A stretch of 34,710 bases of DNA from Reclinomonas americana ATCC 50394. Its lineage: Eukaryota. A program made the position numbers and the translations under genes. Position 1 is the first letter of the stretch. Every line of letters starts with the position of its first letter. Under the pieces are notes generated by a model. That model made no database searches and was not told the origin of the DNA. It saw nothing but the letters and a program-made list of their open reading frames with translations. This document shows, one piece after another, positions 1 through 10,590 of the stretch. The stretch spans positions 1-34,710 of the forward strand of contig PS015423.1 of assembly GCA_048213135.1 (NCBI GenBank), in the 5' to 3' direction.

Positions 1-52
1 ACTCGGTCCGCAATGCCGCAGCTTCTTCTATGCGTCGCCGGCATCGCCGCAG

Positions 53-3000
53 GTGCAGGTGGTGTTGCCGCGCGCGATGCCGGCGCAGCTGCTGGCGGCC
101 TTGTCGCCGTCGGCCAGTGCCGTGCTGGCCAATGCGAGGTATTGCTATCCGCCGACGACGACTGCGCGAGGCAAGCGGAGGCATTCGTCGACTGCGACAT
201 CGACGGTGGCCACGACGACTCCGACGGCGTCGCGGCCGCAGTCGGCGGGGGCACGCAAGGACTCGTTCTTTGCGCCCGGTGCGCAGCCGTCGGTGCCCAA
301 GGAGCTGTTTGCGCTGCTGCGGCAGTACAACAGCCCGCCGTGCCCGGTCGCCACCACGACTCCACCGTCGACCTCGCCGTCGCGTCGCTCTGCGTCGCCT
401 CCACCGCGGAGCCCTTCGCCGCCGCCACCATTGTCGTTCGCGTCGGAGTCGATGGTGCCGGCGGCTCGTGCGCCGCGACCGCACTCGGCCTCGGTGATGG
501 GCACGCACAAGTCGCCGTACTCGTCGCGTGACCCGTCGCCGATTCGAGGCGCGCATACCAGATCGCCGTCGCCGCATGCTGCCTCAGGGCCGACACCACC
601 GCCGCCACCGCGGCGACAACCGAGTCCGCGATCGGCCGCCGCGTACAACACACGGAAGTCGCCGGTGGCGCAGTCGGTCGGCGCCAATGTCTTTATGGAT
701 GTGGCGGACGACACGTTTGAGGTGTCGGCCTGGTCGACGCGTGGTCGTGCGCCCGCGCGAACCACCTCGCCCGTCTCGGTTCCGTGGGGCCACACGCAAG
801 CGCCCGCCGCCACCACCACCACCACCACCGCAGCAGCATCGTCGTCGTCGATCTCACCCGAGAGGCGTGCGTCGTCGCCGAGTCGCCAGCGCGGTCGCCC
901 ACGGTCGGCCTTTGCCTCCACCGGCTCACAGGATCATGTTCCGGGTTCATTTCTGCAACCACCCGGCTCGCCCAGCACGTTTGCCAAGCGGTACCGCGAC
1001 GTCAAGGAGGGCGACGCTGCGGGGAACGACGACTGGGTGGTGCGTGGATTGCTGTCTCTCTCTCTCCCCTGCTCCCTCTCATCATCTCTGTGCACGCNNN
1101 NNNNNNNNNNNNNNNNNTCAGACCCATTCGGTGCCGACGCTGGAGGGCACTCGCCTTGTGCGGCCTTCATCGGAGGGCACCTCTGCATCGTCGCGCTTTG
1201 TGGATCGGATTCGCCAGCAGGCGGCCGAAAGTCGACGCGAGAGATCAATATCGCCGCCGCAGCAGCAGAACGGACAGGCGTCTGGCATGTCGACGCCAGT
1301 CAAGAACCTGCGTGGGCCTGCCGGGGAAGAGCAGCAGCAGTCGCCGTACCGCAACCTGCAGTTGGACACGTCGGACTCGGGCCTCAAGGATCGCACTGTT
1401 GCCGCGTCGCGTGACGACTTTTCCGACGACGAGTCGGTAATTGTCGATGATGATGACGACGATGACGATGATGATGATGAGGAGGGTGACGTGCCGACTG
1501 CCGTGTCGTTGACCATGGCCACCGCCTCGTCGGAGGCCCCCGAGTTCCCGAACCTGCGCAACTTGCAGCACATGACGGTGGCGGAGGAGGCGCAGATGCA
1601 GCAGCGCATCACCACGCTGCGCACGCTGCACAAGTTTGTGCCGGCGGCGGTGGTGCACTTGGCGGAGCGGCTGGCGGGGCGAAACCTGAGCATCACTGCC
1701 GGCTATCGGCAAGAGTACGAGGGCTGCCTCATGCTGGTCGACGTCTCCGGTTTCACGGTGCTGGCGGAGACACTCTGCAAGACGGCCGCCGGTGTCGACT
1801 CGCTCTCGCAAGTCATCAACGAGTACTTTTCGCGTCTCATCGACTTTGTGGATCGGTGTGGCGGCGACACGCTGTACTTTGTCGGCGACGCACTGGTGGT
1901 ATTCTTCCCGGCGGTGATCGAGAACTCGCAGACGGAGAGCGGTGGCTCAGGCACCGCCGCTCGAGATGCGTTGTCCTCCAGTCCGCCGCCGCCACCTCTG
2001 GGTAGCCGAGGGCGCGAGCGATCGTCGTCGATGGGTGGTGTGCCGGTGCCGGATCGGGAGCGCGACGCGCTGCTGCCGACAGTTGGCTCCGAGCACGGCT
2101 CGTTTGCAAGTGAGACCGGTCTGCGCCGCTCTCCGTCGGTGTCGCGTCGCGCACACACACCGCCGACTGGCGGGGACAGCGACTTGAGCTCCGGCAGCGG
2201 TGGCAGTGTGCGCAGCAATTCGTCGTCCGCGAACAGTCCGGCGTTTGGCAGCAGCGTCCCGTCGTCGTCGGTATCGACCACCCATCAGCGACAGCAGGCG
2301 CAGCGAGAGCAGATGGAGGTGGCGCTGCAGGTGGCCGCGCGCAACGCCGCCTCCTGTGCGGTGCTGCTGCAACGCGAGGCCGGCTGTTTCAAGTTCCGCG
2401 ATCTCACGCTCACCTTGCACATTGCATTCGCCACCGGCAACATCCAGTGCGCCATGCTCGGCGGCCATCAGGACACGGTCAAGTACCTGTTCAGCGGCTC
2501 GGCGTACTCCAAGTTGGCGGAGACGGCGACGCTCTCCGGCAACGGCGACATTACACTATGCGGGCGCACCCGGCAGCTACTGATGATGCAGTTGCGACGC
2601 AACAGCGTGTGGAACCTCAACAGTGCGCCGCCCGACGCTGCCATTGCGTACGAAATGCTGAGTGACGTGGAGCTGCGTGGATTGGGTTGGCGAGAGATTC
2701 GTGGCATCGACGGTCCGCTTGGCGAGGGCGAGGCGGCGGCGGAGGAGGCTGAGGAAGGCGACCCGTTGCAACAGGTGTGGCTGCTGCAATTCTCGCCCAG
2801 CGCCAAGGTGATTGTGTGCGAGGAACGTGATGGTGAGTGACGACTGTCGGTGTTTGTTTTTCCTTTGGATTACCTTGTGTACTGACGTGCCTGTTTGTAG
2901 CGAGTGCCGCGAGTCGAGAGGCGCTGGACCCGCACCGTGCGCTGTACGGCAACGGAGCGCCAGAAGTGCTGCTCACATCCATGAAGGCACTCGTCAGCGA

Positions 3001-3151
3001 CCACATTCGGCCGACAATCTTGCGCGCCGCACCGATTGTGCCGCAGCTACTCGACGTGACTGTGCTCTTTGTGTCGTTCTGCAAGTCACCGGAGCACGCC
3101 CAGGAGAAGCTGCGCGGTCGCGACTGGTGAGTGATGGAGGACGAGGGTGCA

Positions 3152-3216
<65 letters not shown>

Positions 3217-3392
3217 GAGTGAGTAGTAGTAGTACGTACACTAGTACGTACGTACGTCGGTCGGTCGGTCTTCTTACGTTTCGTCNNNNNNNNNNNNNNN
3301 NNNNNCGGTACGGTACGGTACGGTACGGTACGTACGGTACGGACGGTACGTACGTAGAGGTAGAGAGGTAGAGTAGAGGAGGAGACGTAGAG

Positions 3393-3435
<43 letters not shown>

Positions 3436-6400
3436 AGAAGGGAGAGAAGGGGACGTGACTGAGTGAGTATGTACACATGTACATCGTCGTGGGCTCACTT
3501 TTGCTTCGGCATGTTGCAGTCCGTTCCAGCAGGCCATGCTGCGCACGCAAGACATTGCCGCATCGTTCGAGGGCTGCCTCTCCAATGTGTTCGCGGACGA
3601 GAAGGGAGTCGGTGGCATTGTTGTCTTTGGTCTCAATGTCAAGTCGCGCGGCGAGCAGAACCGGCGCGGAGTGTTGTGTGCGGCGCAGCTTGCTGCCGTC
3701 CTCACCGAACTTGGATTCACCGAGGCCACTATTGGCGTCACGTTGCGTAGTCTCATTCTTGTCGAAGTGCGGGTCAGCACCACTGACCAACAACCACACA
3801 GATGTGGATACACGTACACGGGCACGGTCGGATCGTCCACTCGACGACTCGATTTTACTCTGCTCGGCGACGTGGTCAACACCGCCGCGAGACTCATGGC
3901 CGCCGTCAGCAAGATGAGCATGAACATCAAAGGTGGGATGTGCATCGTGACCTAGTGCCTGCCGTCGTCTCCGCTCACACACCCACTCGCTCGCAGGGAA
4001 CGCTAAGGTGCTGCCGGTGCTGTGCGAAGAGCCCGTGTGTCAGTCGTCTCTCGGAAGTCAGCGCATCGGCAGCACAATGTACGGCCTCGATCCGCACCCG
4101 CTGTCGCTCAAGTTGAAAGGTGAGTGCAAGTGCATCACCTCTCCGGTGGCGAATGGAGTCTCACGCCCTACTTTGTTTGTGCTCAGGCAAGTCGTCCGAT
4201 GTGCAATGCTATCGGCTCTTGTACTACTCGGAAAAGGCGGCTGTGTCGTCGGTGGTGAGCGTCAAGCGTGGTGCCAAGGTGCAGGCGCCGCGAGTCTCCG
4301 ACGAATTCATGTTTGTTGGCCACGCCGCTGAGTTGTCGGCACTCCGTTCCGAGCATGCCCGTGCGCGTGCGCTCCACGCCACCTTCACCAAGGCGCAAGC
4401 GGCGACCACCAACGCAGCCTCAGGCTCCTCGGCACAGGCTGGCGGGTCGCCCACGGAGAGCGTCTCGCAGTTGCCGCCGCCACTTGGCTCGTGCGGTCGC
4501 ATGGTGGTGTTGCTGGGTCCGCCGGGAGCCGGTGCCTCGACTCTTGTTGCGTTGTGCTGGCCGTTGGTCTCGCTCGTTTGTGTTGCTGAACATCAGTGGC
4601 GCCACAACGCAGGTTCGCCAATTCGTCAAGGAAGCGACACCAGTGAATACGGCCAAGGCGACCACGCCGTTGAGCAAGGGCACTGTCAAACCCAAAAAGG
4701 GCGTCGGCCGGTTGCGCGGCCACGTTCGCTTTGACTCGCAGCTGAAGATGCCTGTTTCTGTTGCGTGCTCTGCCTCCATTGATGGTCTGCGCATCTGGTC
4801 ACCGTTTGTACTGATGTGGCACACACAGTTGCCGATCGTGATGGTGTCTAGCGACAGCATCCAGATGGGTGGACCGTTTTCGTCTTGGAAAAAGGCGTTT
4901 TCACAACTTCTCGCCTCCACGCTCTCTTCTGATCGCTACCGCAGCGTTGCTGGGTGCGTTGTTTCTCTCCGCTTGCAGCTACGTTGCTCTGTGCACTCAT
5001 TGTTTGCGCAGCCTGTCGTCTCGCAATGGAACTTCGCGAGCCTCGCTTGTGCAACACCTCCTGCTGGAGCTGCAGATGCGCTCGTGGGCCCCGCTGTTGA
5101 ACCCGGTGCTGGACACGGGATTCCGCGATGCGCTCCCGCTGCAGAATCTGTCGCAGCGTGAGACCGATGAACGGCGCCTCCACTTGGCCGTCATGCTCTT
5201 TGACCACATGCTCAAGTATGTGTACGGTGAGTACGCTTGGTGGGCAGCTCGAAAGGTGAATTCTACGGCGTGCTCACGTGTGGCGGCGACACAGGATCAC
5301 TGCATGGCTACGCAATTCTGGTGCTGGAGAATGCCCACATGATGGACGAGTGGTCACTTCGTCTGCTCAAAACGTTCTTGCTCACGAATCTGGAAGTCCG
5401 CGGCGCACCACTCCGTCGCCTGCCCTTCTTCATGGTGGCGTGCCTGCGCTCGGCGTTGTTTATCGACCGTGAGTTTGCAGACACGGACGCCGCTGAATCC
5501 GAGGTCCGACGTGGCCTCGGCATTCCGCGCCGTTCAATGGACCACGTGACGGTGCGTGTGGGGTGTGCGCTGGGCAGTTCTTCTTGATTGGTGCCTGACT
5601 TGTTGACATAGATTGTACCCATTCGCTCGTTCGACCTGACGGAGTGCGGCTTGTTCCTCGCTCAGTTCACTCAGGCCGCCGTCTCCGAGCAGGTGAGTGA
5701 ATGTAAAGAAAGAAGAGGGAAAAAGTTGTGGTCATGTCATGAATCTTGTGTGCGCTTGCAGGTCACTGCGGAGCTGTATCGTGGCACCAAGGGCTGTCCC
5801 GGTCATTTGGACCTCATGACGCGCGCTCTGCTCAAAAGCAATGTGCTGGCCATCGACAATGGCGTCTGTCGGGTGCGTGAGCCAACATGATTGCTCTTTC
5901 CCACGCCTGTGGTGATTTTCTGACTCTTTCCCTTCCAGTTCTCACGCACTGGCTACGAGACTGTGTTGGATGCGTCAAACAATCTGGGTGCACTGCTCGA
6001 GCATCAGTTCGACTACCTGAAGCACACGGAGCAAGACGTCTTGCGAATCGGTGCGTTGTTCAAGGAACCGAATGAGTGCGATGAGTGCGTGTCGCTGACA
6101 TGACAATACGTGCAGCGAGCGCGATTGGTCAATCGTTCACCGTGCACTTCTTGTACGCGGTGTACGCCTCAGTCTATCGGGACTCGACGTGCACAGCGGA
6201 GGAGATGGGAGACATTCTGGAGAGTTTGGTGAACGAAGGCCTGCTGGTGCACTCGCAGAGTGGCAAGTACATGCAGTCGGCCGGCGGCTCCGACGACGAA
6301 GATGAGGAGGACGATGATGCGAGCGATGGGTTGCTGACCGACGACGACGGCGAAAGCGAGCAGCTGCACTACGAATTCCATCACAGCAGCACGCGCTTTG

Positions 6401-9400
6401 CGCTCTACCACCAGATGCTGCCGTCGCGTCGCAGCAAGTGCCATCGCGTGGTCTACGATTTGCTGAAGCAGCGCATTGCGGTGCGCGGACTCTCAATGTG
6501 TTGCTTTCCCTGCCGCCATGTTTCCGTTTCTGACTCTGGTGATCGCTGAAAACAGGAGCGCACACACAATGGCGAGTCGTACAATGAGCAGATGCAGGCG
6601 CTGGTTGGTGCAACTCTGGTGCTGTTTTGGTTTGCCGATGATGTGTTGTCTCACCAGCAGTCACAGCTCCCCGAATTGTCGCACCACGTGTACTACAGCC
6701 TGGTCGACAGTATCTGCGAGTATCCCAAGGAGACGCGCGCGACAAGTGCGTTGTACTTCAAGAGTTTGGAAGGGGATTATTTACTCATCTCACCTTTGCT
6801 CCACAGACGCTTTGCTGCGGCAGCAGGTAATGGAGGCCGCGAACTTGATGCGACAGCATGCGTTGAACTTGGTGGAGGCCTGCATGTATCGCGATGCCAT
6901 CGCCACATTCGACAAGGCACTCCGCCTCATTCACGAGTGCGGCTACGTCAAGAACGACAGCGAGTTCCAGTACCTCGAGTTCACTCTGGTCAATGTCGTC
7001 GGCCAGTGCATGATCTCCATCGGTGGCAACGTGGCGGAAACCGAGCGCACGCTGACCCGCGCCCTGTCGCTGGTGCCGGCGCCCGTGGCCGTTGCGTCGA
7101 TTGTGCTGCGCTGCTGAGATACCATCAAGAGCGAGGTTCTTACCCATCAACAGGGCCAGGAGGACGCATTCGTGCAGCCGCGCTACGACGTGCTCAGCAA
7201 TCTGTGGAGTCTGTACACGACGCACGGTCACCGGCACCCGACAGCCGACTCGAACAAGTTGTGGGATCAGCTGCTCCGGTTGATTCCCAAGCTGGCGGAC
7301 GAGAAGCGCTTGATTGACGTCAATCGGTGAGTGTTCCACAGCAGCATCACCTCTGTGCCTAAGTTGATTGTATTCATCGCTCCGCTGCACAACAGCATTG
7401 GCACGCTGCACTTGGCGGAGATGGGCGACTTGCACGGCTCACTCACATACTTCCGCGAACTGAGCAACATGTACCAGCTGGAGAAGCATCGCGACATTCT
7501 GGTGGAGTACCCGCGCGTGCTCGATCCCGGCTTGCACGCGTACACGAGGGCGAGTGTCAATTATGTTTTGCTGGGCGAGAACGGCAACGCCATTCGGTAT
7601 CTGGAGCTGGCGTTGGAGATTTGCCGTGCCATCAGCCACAACCTCAGTCGCGAGTACTTTTTCCTGCGTGCGGGGTTCGTCCTCAGCTCTGTCAGTCAGC
7701 TGAAGGAGCTCGCGTCGGTGGTGGAGGAAGGCATGCGTATGGCGGAGGAGAACGAGATGGTCGAGTGCTTCCAGGTGTGCCTCTTCTTCTCGTACTTGGT
7801 GGAGTATCACAGTCGAGTGCGGGCGCGCGAAGGTTTGTCACTAAGGATGGAGTTCTCATGCTTAGTGGCGATGCTCATTTTGTTTGCGCAGCGCTCGGCG
7901 AAGCGAGTGGCTCATCGGCGGCAGCCGCGCCGGTGCAACTGACGGTGGTCCAGACGGCGGTGGTGAACGCCAAGCAGCAGCCCGGCGGCAGTCGCCTCCT
8001 CAAGGACCTGTTCCAGCGTCACAAGAGCCCGGTGGTGCGCACGCCCGAGGCACTGCTGACTGTGATGACGGAGCAAGTGGACCAGGTGCTGAAGAACTTG
8101 CCCGAGGCGCCGTTTTTGATTGTGCCCCTGGCCGATCTGCTGATTGAGAACGGACGGTTTGCCGTTGCCGGCCGCCTGCTGTCGTTTGCACTGGGGCGCC
8201 TGCGGGCGCACGATTCGCACACGATGCCGTGGATTGCATTGCAGCGGCGGGTGGGGTGGGTGTGCTGTCGGCGGCTGATTCGGTGGACTGATCCCGCCAA
8301 TGAGGATAAGACGATTGAGCCGGTGTTGGTGCGCGAAAAGGGGAAGGGGGGAATGTGGGGAAAGGGGGATATGGGGAAAGGGAGGGGCAAGGGGGATATG
8401 GGGAAAGGGGGGCAAGGGGAAGGGGAGGAGAGAGAGGAAACGGAGATAAGGGAGAGGGAGGGAGCGACAAGGGGGGAGGGGGCGGGGGAAGAGACAATGG
8501 GCGGAAGAGGAAGGAGAGGAGGAGTTACTGGGGACTGAGAAAAGGGGAGAGAAAAGGGAAAGGAGGGAGAGACGAGGGAAGCAGGGGAAAGAGACGAGAG
8601 GGAGGCAAGGGAAAACATATACGAGTGGGAGAAGAAATGAGACACGTGGGGAAGAGGGGAGGAGAGACAATGAGGGAAAGAACGTGGGGAAATGAGGAGA
8701 ACGAGTCGAAGGAGAGAGGGAAGGAAGCATACGAAGGGGAGGGACTGGGAGAACTAGAAAGAAGGAAACTACAAGGCGGACGAGGAAGGAGAAGGAAATT
8801 GAGACACTTGGACTGGGAAAGACGAGGCGAGGGGGAAGGGGAAAGAGACTTGGGGGAAGCAAGGGGAAAGACAAGGTGGAGAGTGGCAAGGGATAGGGAG
8901 GCAGCAGGAGGGAAAAGGTGAATGAAGACAAAGAGACAACGAGGGACAGGGAGAGGGGAAAGAGAGAAAAGGGGAATTAGCCAAGGGTGCATGAGATGGC
9001 TGATGTGCAGAAGTGCACGCTGAATAGAAAAGACGAATTAGTACTTGTACAGCGAGTTTGTTGACTTTGGTGGAATCACGCAGGAATCCGAGTGGCAAAG
9101 TGCCATCGACGAGTTGGAGCTGGCGTTGCAGTCGACGAGTCTCGAGTATCGACTGCGGCGCGAGAGGGAGCGATGTGCGGCTATCCTGTGCTGCATTTGG
9201 GCACTGACCAGCCGCCATCACGAAGGGTGCGTCGTGCCGTGCAGAAGAGTTTATTGTGAGCGCACTCTTTAACGCGAATTGTTGTGCTATGCAGACTGCT
9301 GACATGGGCTCGCCAACTTCGAGTGCGTGCGGGCTTGTCTCTAATTGAGCTCGTTGACACTTGTCTCAACTCCTTGTCGCAGGGCAAGAACACGGACATC

Positions 9401-9678
9401 GATCTGCCGCCGCCTGTGCGCCACGACGCAGCGCTGACGGCGTCGCTGTTTGAGAACATGCCAGACTCGATTCGGCGTCTGCGCAACAACCTTGTCACCA
9501 AGTCGCGTCTGGCGAAAATGACACAAGAGGTAACTTAAAGGAGAGAGGGAAATAGTTGACTGTGAAGCTCACTTTTTGGTTGTTGCAGCTTCGCGACACG
9601 CTGTGGGGCAGTCTTGTGGACCTGCTGGCCAAACACTTTGAGGACATGACGTTCAAGAGGCGCGACAGCGCGTTTTGA
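53..9678 (+). CDS. ADCY10: Soluble adenylyl cyclase (ADCY10/sAC)-like protein: low-complexity N-terminus, two class III cyclase domains, STAND-type P-loop domain, helical/TPR-like C-terminus; about 24 exons; 5' end may lie outside the window
   Basis: C1 motifs LMLVDVSGFT (~1727) and YFVGDALVVFF (~1874). C2 motifs VTVLFV, VFADEKG and IGVT|CGYTYTGTVGS...DFTLLGDVVNTAARLM (3730-3900). Walker A-like GPPGAGAST (4516-4542), Walker B-like ILVLENAHMMDEWS (~5314-5355), TKGCPGHL (GxP motif). ORF fragments join in frame across GT-AG introns; stop TGA at 9676-9678. Confidence 0.85.
3155..3431. repeat. Intronic microsatellites (GA)n, (GTAC)n and (CGGTA)n around an N-gap
   Basis: Seen directly in cyclase intron 3128-3519. 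Confidence 0.95.
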
Positions 9679-9749
9679 CAGGCGGCATGTCATGTTTTAT
9701 GTACTTTTATGTATGGCAAAGAAAAGAGAAGGAGAGGGAGATAGAAAGG

Positions 9750-10510
9750 AGATGAGAATGCCGATGACAATCAGTCTCGTGAAATACCGCAGTTGTTTTA
9801 ATGAAATGTTATGCTGTACAGGTGTACGAAGAAGAGAATGACGATGGCAATCTGTCTCATGCACGAACCAATCCGCAGAACAGATGTACGGGAACTGTAT
9901 GGTGGTTCGGAGAATAGGGAGTGAAGAGAGATAAAGAGTCTCGTGCATCACCATATAAATGCTGCAGTGGTGTGGGAAACGTGGAGAGAGAAGAGTTGTG
10001 CAACAACGACTGCGATTTTCAATGAAGTAATTGTCGCACTGATACGGAAACGGTCCGGAGAGGATGGAGAGAGAAAGGAGAAGAGAATGCCCATGACAAT
10101 AAGTCTCGTGCATCACCATAATGCTGCAGTGGTGTGGGAAACGTGGAGAGAGAAGAGTACGGATCTTGTGCAACAACGACTGCGATTGTCAATGGAGTAA
10201 TTGTCACGGAAACGGTACGGTGGTTCTGAGAATAAGGAGCGAGGAGAGATGGAGAAGAGAGTGACGAAGACGATAAGTCTCGTGCATCAGCAATATGCTG
10301 CAGAGGTGTGGGAAAGGTGGAGGGAGAAAACCGACGATGACAATCCATCTTGTGAAGAGAGATCGATGGAGGAGAGAATGCCCATGACAATAAGTGTGCA
10401 TCACCATACTGCTGCAGATATGTGGGAAGGTGGAGGGAGAAGAATGCCAAAGACAATTCATCTTGTGCAACAACCATTGCTGTTTTTAATGAAGTATAAT
10501 GCTGTACAGC
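9750..10510. repeat. Degenerate tandem repeat (4-5 units of about 115-175 bp) between the convergent cyclase and Rab genes
   Basis: Recurring block gtctcgtgcatcaccat..atgctgcag.ggtgtgggaa.gtggag at ~9938, ~10103, ~10277 and ~10394; shared ttgtgcaacaac and atg.c.atgacaat motifs. Confidence 0.8.
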
Positions 10511-10590
10511 ACACAAACGGGGAAAGGGTGGCGGGGGTTAATTGCGATTCTAAACAACCTTTTCTTTTCTCTTTTCACACACACACAGAC

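Noticed and set aside
3742-3802. Alternative reading of the GTTGCGT introns as non-canonical TT...AGN introns shifted by one base
   Set aside because: The base after AG varies (A, G or T), and GT-AG boundaries already restore the frame, so they are more parsimonious; only cDNA can fully exclude the alternative.
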